A DNA stretch of 24,000 nt, taken from contig NZ_VANV01000003.1 in assembly GCF_022496765.1 (NCBI RefSeq), forward strand, positions 1 to 24,000. Reading direction: 5' to 3'. The translations under genes were made by a program, and so were the position numbers. This DNA is from Acidaminobacter sp. JC074. GTDB taxonomy: Bacteria > Bacillota > Clostridia > Peptostreptococcales > Acidaminobacteraceae. The notes beneath the pieces were generated by a model. It saw only the letters and a list, made by a program, of their open reading frames with translations. It was not told the origin of the DNA and ran no database searches. Shown here piece after piece: positions 1-6,782 of this stretch (position 1 is its first letter; each line of letters starts with the position of its first letter).

Positions 1-216
1 GTAGACTTAGAAATGGTTGAGAAAGAAGCAGCTGATAAATCAAGACGTGTTTTTAGAGGAATCTTTATAACAACAAAAGGGATAATAAACTCAGATATCA
101 ATGGTAGTTTGAATATCCTAAGAAAGTATTTAGGTGAAAAAAATATTCCCAGGTTGATTATATCGATGAGGGATAAGGGGTTTCGAGATAATCCTTTTAG
201 ACTACGTGTAGTTTAA
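1..216 (+). CDS. tnpB: IS200/IS605-family TnpB (OrfB) RNA-guided nuclease, C-terminal fragment (5' part lies outside the window)
   Basis: Frame 1 is open from base 1 to TAA at 214-216. The tail ...SRRVFRGIFITTKGIINSDINGSLNILRKYL... matches the conserved C-terminal xNADxNGAxNILRK block of TnpB/OrfB proteins. Confidence 0.7.
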   Translation, partial: VDLEMVEKEAADKSRRVFRGIFITTKGIINSDINGSLNILRKYLGEKNIPRLIISMRDKGFRDNPFRLRVV

Positions 217-220
217 TATG

Positions 221-259
221 CTATTGTATCTTCGGGTAGAATAGAAGCGTCAAAGACGC
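221..259 (+). ncRNA. Two stem-loops just 3' of tnpB: candidate transposon right-end / omega-RNA scaffold, or the tnpB terminator
   Basis: Hairpin 1 (221-244) is CTATTGTATC-TTCG-GGTAGAATAG, about 9 bp with one G.G mismatch and a UUCG tetraloop. Hairpin 2 (247-259) is GCGTC-AAA-GACGC, followed by CTTTCTT. Confidence 0.3.
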
Positions 260-264
260 CTTTC

Positions 265-477
265 TTGTCAAAAGAACATATCCATTCAGGTAAGTTTTCA
301 GCAGTTTGTCGTGAAGGGGATATAAAGGAGTTTCCTTTAACTTCTATTTCTTTGGCAGGGGTGCTAGGCACACTTTTTAATTTTGAAGATATAGAAAAAC
401 TGTCAGGTCACTTGGCTTCTGTTAAAAAAGATGTAAAAAAAGTGCTTTCAAGTTCTTATATTCTAAACAAAATATAA
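265..477 (+). CDS. Hypothetical ORF (TTG start, no RBS); possibly the 3' remnant of a gene interrupted by the IS element
   Basis: ORF from the track only. It is in the same frame as tnpB and that frame stays open from 217. I recognise no motif and see no Shine-Dalgarno sequence. Confidence 0.2.
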   Translation: MSKEHIHSGKFSAVCREGDIKEFPLTSISLAGVLGTLFNFEDIEKLSGHLASVKKDVKKVLSSSYILNKI

Positions 478-505
478 ATCGCACTCATTCGAGTGCGATT
501 ATTTT
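477..505. terminator. Bidirectional rho-independent terminator between ORF 265-477 and glnA
   Basis: Perfect 10-bp stem AATCGCACTC (477-486) / GAGTGCGATT (491-500) with loop ATTC. It is flanked by A/T runs on both sides. Confidence 0.7.
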
Positions 506-1928
506 ATAGGTCAAAATACATTTCAAATTCTTTTGGATGAGGCATGTTGTCAATTGCAGCTGAGTTACATCTGTTTTGCTTAACAATATTCATCACAAGT
601 TCTTTTGTAAATACACCGCCTTCAAGCAGGTAGTCATAGTCTTCTAATAAGGCATCTGTTGCCTCTGTTAGTGATTTTGGAAGACCTTTGATTTTTGCCT
701 TTTCCTCATCTGGTAGGTCAAAAATGTTGACATCATATGGTCCAAAGCCTTCTGCAGTAGGGTCGATTTTATTCTTGATACCATCGATGGCTGCCATTAA
801 TAAAGCAGAATATGCTAAGTATGGGTTGCAAGTAGCATCAGAAGATCTAAACTCAAAACGCTTTTCTGATGGTCTGTTTGCATAACCTGGTATACGAATC
901 ACTGCAGAGCGGTTAGCAGTTGCAAAGCAAATACTTACTGGGGCTTCATAGCCAGGTACCAAACGCTTATATGAGTTGGTAGAAGGATTTGTAATAGCCA
1001 GAAGTGAAGCTGCATGTTTTAGCATACCCCCAATAGCGTATAGGGCTGTCTGACTCATACCTGAGTAGCCGTTTTCATCATAAAAGATTGGATCGCCGTC
1101 TTTAAATAAGTGGAAGTGAACATGCATACCGTTACCAGCCTCTTTGTGGAATGGCTTTGGCATAAAGGTCACTGTTTTTCCAGCCTTAAGGGCAGTGTTC
1201 TTTACAATATACTTTAAAAGCATGGTTCTATCTGCCATATCATGCGCATTGCCAAAAGACAGTTCAATTTCCAACTGACCAGGGCCACCAACTTCAGGAT
1301 GGTGATACTTGACTGGTACACCGTTCTCTTCTAGTAATAAAACCATTTCATTTCTTAAGTCGTAGTTAATATCAAAAGGTATATCTACATGATAGCCACC
1401 ATGATGAGGCACTTTAAAGCCAAGATTATCATCGCAGTGAGTGTTCCATTCAGCTTGTTCAGCATCTAATTTAACCATGATATGGTGTGGATCTAATCTG
1501 TATGAGAAGTGGTCTAGAATATAAAATTCGAATTCTGGTCCAAATGATGATTGGTCAGCAATACCACTTTCTTTCATATATTCTTCTGCTTTAGAAGATA
1601 TGTAACGAGGGTCACCTTCGTAACGCTTAACACCATGATCTAGGGTGTAGATATCAGCCATCATGGTAAGTGTTTTTCTTTTGGTAAATGGATCGATAAA
1701 TGCAGTTGATAAATCTGGTATGAAAACCATATCTGATTTTTCTACTGTTAGAAAGCCATAAGAAGAGCCGTCGAATCCAATACCGTCTTCTAAGGTATGT
1801 TCTGTTATTCTGTCTACTGTAATTGTCAAGTGGTGCCATCTGCCTGCTAAGTCGATGACTTTAAAATCAATAAACTTAACGTCATTTGTATGGCAAAATG
1901 CTTTTAATTCTTTTAAATCCTTAAACAT
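504..1928 (-). CDS. glnA: Glutamine synthetase, type I
   Basis: GS motifs: VKFIDFKVIDLAGRWHHL, GFDGSSYGF, FGPEFEFY, NGMHVHFHL, NSYKRLVPGYEAP. Start moved to ATG at 1928 (MFKDLKEL...), which is preceded by AAGGAGG (1933-1939 on the minus strand). The track's 12 extra codons lack an RBS. Confidence 0.9.
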   Translation of the reverse strand: MFKDLKELKAFCHTNDVKFIDFKVIDLAGRWHHLTITVDRITEHTLEDGIGFDGSSYGFLTVEKSDMVFIPDLSTAFIDPFTKRKTLTMMADIYTLDHGVKRYEGDPRYISSKAEEYMKESGIADQSSFGPEFEFYILDHFSYRLDPHHIMVKLDAEQAEWNTHCDDNLGFKVPHHGGYHVDIPFDINYDLRNEMVLLLEENGVPVKYHHPEVGGPGQLEIELSFGNAHDMADRTMLLKYIVKNTALKAGKTVTFMPKPFHKEAGNGMHVHFHLFKDGDPIFYDENGYSGMSQTALYAIGGMLKHAASLLAITNPSTNSYKRLVPGYEAPVSICFATANRSAVIRIPGYANRPSEKRFEFRSSDATCNPYLAYSALLMAAIDGIKNKIDPTAEGFGPYDVNIFDLPDEEKAKIKGLPKSLTEATDALLEDYDYLLEGGVFTKELVMNIVKQNRCNSAAIDNMPHPKEFEMYFDL

Positions 1929-1952
1929 AAAAACCTCCTTGTGTATAAGTCT

Positions 1953-1981
1953 ATTATAATTCAATCGACTTATTATGACAA
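1953..1981 (-). promoter_or_regulatory. Putative sigma-A promoter of glnA
   Basis: On the minus strand: TTGTCA (1981-1976), 17 nt spacer, TATAAT (1958-1953). The leader is about 25 nt, so there is no room for a riboswitch. Confidence 0.5.
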
Positions 1982-2092
1982 TGATAATAGTTAAAACAAC
2001 TATAAAATATAGAATTTGTAGTTAGAAAAACTTTCAAAAAATTCATGAGATAGAGGCAGATTTATTGGGTAAAAAAATTAACAAAATAAGTG

Positions 2093-2120
2093 TTGCAATC
2101 TTTTCTTTTAATGATATAAT
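2093..2120 (+). promoter_or_regulatory. Putative sigma-A promoter of the YitT-family gene
   Basis: TTGCAA (2093-2098), 16 nt spacer, extended -10 TGATATAAT (2112-2120). Confidence 0.5.
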
Positions 2121-2150
2121 GAATCTTGCTTTTTAGAAAAAGGAGGTCAA

Positions 2151-3020
2151 ATGAAAGTAAAAGAATTATTACTAGAAATTTTTTATGTAGCAATTGGTTG
2201 TATATTATTGGCCTTTGCTATAACAGCTATTTTAGAACCCAATAACTTAATGACAGGTGGTATTACAGGTTTATCCTTAATACTGGATAATCTATTAGGT
2301 ATAAACTATACAGTGTTTTATTATGTGTTTTCTTTAATCATTCTTCTAGCAACCTATTTAACACTGGGTAAGTATGAGGCGAGTAAGATTATCTTGTTAT
2401 CAATCCTATTTCCTGCTGTACTGATGATTTTTAGTCAGTTTAAGTTTCAGTTGATTGAAGATGATATGTTCTTAGCAGCATTCTATTATGGTATTATCGC
2501 AGGAGCGGGTGTTGGTCTGATTTTAAAGTCTGGGTATTCGACAGGTGGAACAGACTCTATTGGTAAGATTCTTCATAAGAAGAAATACCCATATATTTCA
2601 GTGAACCAAATCATCACCATGATAGATATTGTTATCATTATTGTTTCTATATTTGTTTTTGATGTAAGAGTTGCCTTATATGCCATCTTAACTCAGCTGG
2701 TGCTTTTAAAAGCTGTAGAAGTTGTTTTATATGGTTTGTCACCCAAACTTGTTAAGTTAGAAATCATTTCAGATGCAGAGGAAAAAATTAAAGACTATAT
2801 ACTTCATGAAATAAAACGTGGCATTACCAAATACAATATTATTGGTGGCTACAGCAATGTTTCAAAGACTAAAATCATCACCATATGTTCTCCTAGAGAA
2901 TCTTTGATGATTAAGAACTTCATTGCCGATCTTGATGAGAAGGCATTTGTTGATGTACTGCCAATCATGTCGGTATGGGGTGAGGGTTTAGGTTTTAAGA
3001 GAATTACAGAAGAAAACTAA
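2151..3020 (+). CDS. YitT-family (UPF0750) membrane protein with C-terminal DUF2179-like domain
   Basis: Multi-pass N-terminal region with GGITGLSLIL and GYSTGGTD motifs, then a soluble C-terminal domain (ITICSPRE...VDVLPI..VWGEG). AAGGAGG precedes the ATG. Confidence 0.8.
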   Translation: MKVKELLLEIFYVAIGCILLAFAITAILEPNNLMTGGITGLSLILDNLLGINYTVFYYVFSLIILLATYLTLGKYEASKIILLSILFPAVLMIFSQFKFQLIEDDMFLAAFYYGIIAGAGVGLILKSGYSTGGTDSIGKILHKKKYPYISVNQIITMIDIVIIIVSIFVFDVRVALYAILTQLVLLKAVEVVLYGLSPKLVKLEIISDAEEKIKDYILHEIKRGITKYNIIGGYSNVSKTKIITICSPRESLMIKNFIADLDEKAFVDVLPIMSVWGEGLGFKRITEEN

Positions 3021-3042
3021 AAAAAGCACCTGAGTGCTTTTA
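3021..3042. terminator. Bidirectional terminator between the YitT-family gene and the convergent pseudouridine synthase gene
   Basis: AAAGCAC (3023-3029) / GTGCTTT (3034-3040) with loop CTGA. An A-run precedes it and a T-run is part of the stem. Confidence 0.6.
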
Positions 3043-3705
3043 TAGATTAAATGGATAGTCACTAGGTGATGCCTTATGGGTCATTTTAGATTTCTTTTTA
3101 GGATGGACAAATGTCACTTCGTTTGAGAAGAGGGCAATTTGGAACCATCCTTTTTTAGTCATAAAATCAGGATGATACTTGGTGTCTCCCCAGATTGGAT
3201 GACCAATATGAGAAAGTTGAACTCTGATTTGATGGTGTCTACCTGTCTCTAATTCTATAGAAATAAGTGAGTAAATCTCATCGTCTATCGTCATGGTCTT
3301 AAGACGCTTGATGTGCATAACAGCTCTTTTGGCCTTAGGTGTTTCTTGATCAACTACTGATGACACATTGCCTTTAAACTTCTTTTTTAAGAAGTGAACC
3401 AAAGTCTGGTCCTCAGGTGTCCCTTTAACCACAGCTAGATAGGTCTTTTTAAAAGTTCTAGCTTGAAGCTGTTTAGATAAATGAGCCGTTGCCTGGGGTG
3501 TTTTACCAAATACAACAAGTCCACCTACGGGCCTATCTAACCTATGAACAAGTCCTATATAAGGCTTTTCTAAGCCTTTTTTTCTCATATACTCATCTAG
3601 CATAGAAGCTAAATCTTTATCATTACTCAAGTCTGATTGAACAGGCACACCTGGTGCTTTTAAACAGACGATAATATCTTGATCTTCATAAATAATTTCT
3701 TTCAT
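3040..3705 (-). CDS. RluA-family RNA pseudouridine synthase (short form, no S4 domain)
   Basis: Catalytic HRLDRPVGGLVVFGKT and GRHHQIRVQL motifs. Start moved to ATG at 3705 (MKEIIYEDQD...), preceded by GAAGGTGG. The longer track start overlaps a TGATATAAT -10-like box. Confidence 0.85.
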   Translation of the reverse strand: MKEIIYEDQDIIVCLKAPGVPVQSDLSNDKDLASMLDEYMRKKGLEKPYIGLVHRLDRPVGGLVVFGKTPQATAHLSKQLQARTFKKTYLAVVKGTPEDQTLVHFLKKKFKGNVSSVVDQETPKAKRAVMHIKRLKTMTIDDEIYSLISIELETGRHHQIRVQLSHIGHPIWGDTKYHPDFMTKKGWFQIALFSNEVTFVHPKKKSKMTHKASPSDYPFNL

Positions 3706-3765
3706 ACATACCACCTTCTCAAGCATTATATCACATGCTTATCTTTGATGCTAATGCAATTAAAG

Positions 3766-3797
3766 GCAAAAAAAATAACAGATATGATCTGTTATTT
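3766..3797 (-). terminator. Rho-independent terminator of the small-membrane-protein pair
   Basis: 11-bp stem AAATAACAGAT (3773-3783) / ATCTGTTATTT (3787-3797). The A-run at 3768-3775 gives a U-run on the minus-strand transcript. Confidence 0.65.
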
Positions 3798-4005
3798 AAA
3801 ATATAAGTTTTAAAACGAATCCTACACATGCTAGAAATGCACCGAAAATAGCAATTGGAACGAGGAGGGCTAGTCCGACTGGTATTAAGGCGATAACGAC
3901 TGCAACTGCAAGAATGCCTAATAATAATCTAAATAAACCAACACTGATACCTACAAATAGTTTTAAAAATAATATAACAACTAATAATGTAATTAAAAAT
4001 CCCAT
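3796..4005 (-). CDS. Small, very hydrophobic membrane protein (69 aa)
   Basis: Almost entirely L/V/I/A/G/F with two or three predicted TM segments. AGGAGA (4016-4011 on the minus strand) lies 5 nt upstream of the ATG, and a terminator lies immediately downstream. Confidence 0.55.
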   Translation of the reverse strand: MGFLITLLVVILFLKLFVGISVGLFRLLLGILAVAVVIALIPVGLALLVPIAIFGAFLACVGFVLKLIF

Positions 4006-4016
4006 AATTTTCTCCT

Positions 4017-4178
4017 TTACTTTTCTTTATCTACTATGATTGGATTAGGTGATACAAGTTTCTTTCTAGAGGCCAGACCCAATAACAAGATGATGATGTC
4101 ATCAATTGGTCCTGGTGCTAGATCAACTGGTGAAACAATGTATAAAACTAAAAATATCATTAAGAGTAACTGTTTCAT
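4017..4178 (-). CDS. Unlisted 53-aa small membrane protein with a YkvA/DUF1232-like motif
   Basis: My own translation of the minus strand gives MKQLLLMIFLVLYIVSPVDLAPGPIDDIIILLLGLASRKKLVSPNPIIVDKEK*. AGGAGA lies 7 nt upstream of the ATG at 4178. Its stop codon sits beside the RBS of the 69-aa gene. YxxSPxDLxPxxIxxxDD resembles DUF1232. Confidence 0.45.
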   Translation of the reverse strand: MKQLLLMIFLVLYIVSPVDLAPGPIDDIIILLLGLASRKKLVSPNPIIVDKEK

Positions 4179-4354
4179 TGATTATCTCCTTTTCTAATCT
4201 GTTATGTCTTTTGATACTTATACTATAGATGTCTAAGGTTAATGAATAATTTGAGTAAAATTAGAATTAAATTAGAATCCTGACTTAATACTTTTTTAAG
4301 GTATTTTAAAGTAAATTTCCATCTTATACTTGTAGAATAGTCCTGGAGGTTGTT

Positions 4355-5065
4355 ATGTTAAAAGTAAATGAAGTCAGTAAGAAATTTAAAAAGCTTGTGG
4401 CAGTAGACCATGTAAGCTTTGAAGTGGATAGTGGAGAAATTGTTGGTATACTTGGACCTAATGGGGCTGGTAAGTCAACGACTATAAAAATGATTGCAGG
4501 TCTATTAAGGACGTCTAGTGGGACCATTACCATAGATGGTCATATGAATAAGTCTGTGGAGGCCAAGAAAAAATTTGCCTATATACCTGAGTTTCCTGAA
4601 ATGTATGATTTATTAACAGTAGATGAGCATATGCGTTTTATAGCCCAGGCTTATGAGATTGAGAATTGGGAAGACTTTATTGAACCCTATTTTGAACGTT
4701 TTGATTTAATGGATAAAAGAGACAAACTAGGAAAAGAGTTATCAAAGGGGATGAAACAGAAACTGAGTATTTGCTGTGGTCTTCTGACGCAAGCAGACCT
4801 TTATTTATTTGATGAGCCTATGATTGGCTTAGATCCAAAGGCCATAAGAGAAACAAAGAAGATTATGAGCGAATTAGCACAAGCGGGTAAAACCATCTTA
4901 GTTTCTACCCACTTGTTAGATTCTATAGAACAAACCTGTAACAGGGTCCTTGTTATGAAAGAAGGTTCTATCATCGTCAACTCTTCTATGGCGGATTTAA
5001 AGAGCCATGGCGATTTATCCTTAGAAGAAATCTTTTTAGAGGTGACGGAAGATGAAATCATTTAG
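4355..5065 (+). CDS. ABC transporter ATP-binding protein
   Basis: Walker A GPNGAGKST, signature LSKGMKQKL, Walker B LYLFDEP, H-loop STHLL. RBS is CTGGAGG. Confidence 0.9.
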   Translation: MLKVNEVSKKFKKLVAVDHVSFEVDSGEIVGILGPNGAGKSTTIKMIAGLLRTSSGTITIDGHMNKSVEAKKKFAYIPEFPEMYDLLTVDEHMRFIAQAYEIENWEDFIEPYFERFDLMDKRDKLGKELSKGMKQKLSICCGLLTQADLYLFDEPMIGLDPKAIRETKKIMSELAQAGKTILVSTHLLDSIEQTCNRVLVMKEGSIIVNSSMADLKSHGDLSLEEIFLEVTEDEII

Positions 5066-6623
5066 TGTCCTTTTGAGTATTGAAAAAGCCATTATAAAGA
5101 ACAAAGTACTTGAAATTATAAAGAGTCCCAAGCGTCTGATTACATACACACTTTACATAGCATTTATGGCTTGGGTTCTTGTTTTCAACAGCAGGAACTT
5201 TGACGGCTTTAATAGGGAGTCTATGATGACCTATGGGCAAGGCGGTGTTTTTATCTTTGTGTTTATGATGGCTTATGGCTTGACTAAAAAGTCCAGTATA
5301 TTCTTTAAAATGAGTGAAGTAAACCTCATATTTTCTTCACCTGTAGATCCGAGAAAACTTCTTTTGTTTACACTATTAAAGAGGATACCCCAGTATCTTT
5401 TTACAAGTGTCATTACATTGGTTTTTCTTTTGGCCATGGTTATCAGTGTATTTAATCCTTCGCTTCAAGAAGTGATCATAACGGGACTTGGTTATTCTCT
5501 GCTTTTATTAACCCTAGAACCTTTAGGTTTTTGTTTGTTTGCCATATTTACTAAAAAAGGCAGACCTGAAATGAGTGAAAGCCTAGTAAAGAAACTCTTT
5601 ATTCTAATAGGCCTAATTGCAGGTGGATTTGTCCTGAATAATATAAGGGTCAATGGCTTTTCAATGACATCAGTCTTTGATGGCCTGCGGCATCAACTTC
5701 TTAATATGATTCCTATTGTGGGTTGGGGAAAAGCCTTAACTGTAACAGCTATGACAGGTGTTACAAGCTTAACTTATATATATTTAAGCCTGATGGTGCT
5801 TATGTATATAGCTTTGGTAGGCCTAACATACTTTTTAGGGACAGATTATTATGAAGATGTAATTGGTGCATCTGAAAAAAGACAAAAGCTTATATCAGAA
5901 GCCAAACAAGGCAAGAATCAATTTAAAGGTTTTCATTTTAAAAAGAAAAAGGTAACCATCAAAGACAAGTATAAAAAGGCCGGTGCCATCCACTGGAAGA
6001 AAAAGATGCTGACATCTAAATCAGACTTAAGTGTCTACCTGTCGTTAGAGTCACTTTTATGCTTGATTTTATCTATCGGTGGAAGTATCTTTATGGAAGA
6101 GACCCAAGCTTTACCTTATATGGTCATGGGACTTTATTTTTATATTAAGTTTCTTTTCTCCATGAACACATCCTTAGATAAGGAACTGAATAAACACTTT
6201 TTCTATACCATACCGGATAATGGTATGAGAAAGCTTGTTATGGTTTCTAAAATAGATGTAGTAAGGTTTTTCATCAATGCTTGCATTGTTGTCATGACGA
6301 CTTACATAATGACAAGAAACAATGATATTGGTCTTATAGTCTTGCCTTTTGCTGCAAGCATGTTTTATGTCATGATGCTTTTATCAAGTTTTACTTTGAA
6401 GCTCTTTTTTACAGCAGAAGACTTTAACAGACTTTTACTTTTGTTTAAAATGTTCCAGATGATACTTGTTATGATGCCATCAGCCATAGCAATGATGATC
6501 ATCGGCATGCTTACAGAATCTGTAGCACTTGCCTTATTAGGAAGTTTAGGTATAAATCTATTGCTGGCAAGTATCTTTCTAGCGCTTGGCGACACCATTT
6601 TAAATCGCATGGAACTTAAATAG
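5052..6623 (+). CDS. Multi-pass membrane protein, putative ABC-exporter permease partner
   Basis: Overlaps the ATPase gene by 14 nt, with GAGGTGA upstream. It has about 10-12 hydrophobic segments split by a Lys-rich cytoplasmic loop. Size and layout resemble the 'putative ABC exporter' family. Confidence 0.7.
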   Translation: MKSFSVLLSIEKAIIKNKVLEIIKSPKRLITYTLYIAFMAWVLVFNSRNFDGFNRESMMTYGQGGVFIFVFMMAYGLTKKSSIFFKMSEVNLIFSSPVDPRKLLLFTLLKRIPQYLFTSVITLVFLLAMVISVFNPSLQEVIITGLGYSLLLLTLEPLGFCLFAIFTKKGRPEMSESLVKKLFILIGLIAGGFVLNNIRVNGFSMTSVFDGLRHQLLNMIPIVGWGKALTVTAMTGVTSLTYIYLSLMVLMYIALVGLTYFLGTDYYEDVIGASEKRQKLISEAKQGKNQFKGFHFKKKKVTIKDKYKKAGAIHWKKKMLTSKSDLSVYLSLESLLCLILSIGGSIFMEETQALPYMVMGLYFYIKFLFSMNTSLDKELNKHFFYTIPDNGMRKLVMVSKIDVVRFFINACIVVMTTYIMTRNNDIGLIVLPFAASMFYVMMLLSSFTLKLFFTAEDFNRLLLLFKMFQMILVMMPSAIAMMIIGMLTESVALALLGSLGINLLLASIFLALGDTILNRMELK

Positions 6624-6631
6624 TCTTTTAG

Positions 6632-6660
6632 AAGATGTTATACACTGTATGACATCTTTT
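6632..6660 (+). terminator. Rho-independent terminator of the ABC operon
   Basis: 12-bp stem AAGATGTTATAC (6632-6643) / GTATGACATCTT (6647-6658) with one G.U pair and loop ACT, followed by a T-rich tail. Confidence 0.7.
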
Positions 6661-6664
6661 GTAA

Positions 6665-6693
6665 TTGAAATATGTCGACTGTTTCTTTATAAT
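6665..6693 (+). promoter_or_regulatory. Putative sigma-A promoter of hgcAB
   Basis: TTGAAA (6665-6670), 17 nt spacer, TATAAT (6688-6693). Confidence 0.55.
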
Positions 6694-6737
6694 ACATTTA
6701 GAAGAAAGGTGGCATTATGTTAACTACTAAATCTTGT

Positions 6738-6771
6738 TGAGACGTTGATGTAAAAGCATCGAGTTTCGATG
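6738..6771 (+). other. In-frame UGA (6738-6740) plus downstream hairpin: candidate selenocysteine recoding site (SECIS-like), or a nonsense lesion
   Basis: The ATG at 6717 has RBS AAAGGTGG and reads MLTTKSC-TGA. The same frame then runs with no further stop into the ATG at 6783. Hairpin CATCGA-GTT-TCGATG spans 6757-6771 and its loop starts 22 nt after the UGA. Confidence 0.3.
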
Positions 6772-6782
6772 AAAGAAATATA

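Noticed and set aside
688-1839. ORFs 688-885 (+) and 1654-1839 (-) inside glnA
   Set aside because: They are embedded in, or out of frame with, the strongly supported glutamine synthetase gene. No independent signals support them.
1929-1964. N-terminal extensions in the ORF track: glnA 1929-1964, rluA-like 3706-3726, argG 8930-8941, argH 10167-10178, MCP 14315-14353, tcdA 18129-18146 and ArsR-like 18242-18265
   Set aside because: In each case an internal ATG sits 5-9 nt after a GGAGG-type RBS and matches the family's usual N-terminus. The extended start has no RBS.
1985-2010. Inverted repeat TAGTT-AAAAC-AACTA upstream of the glnA promoter as a GlnR/TnrA box
   Set aside because: It does not fit the TGTNA-N7-TNACA consensus. 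It is a short AT-rich palindrome that could arise by chance.
6738-6740. TGA read as Trp (genetic code 4) or as a general read-through codon
   Set aside because: TGA clearly terminates other genes in this window, for example the ArsR-like gene at 18821-18823 and the 72-aa gene at 23605-23607. The gene content is Clostridia-like, not Mollicutes.
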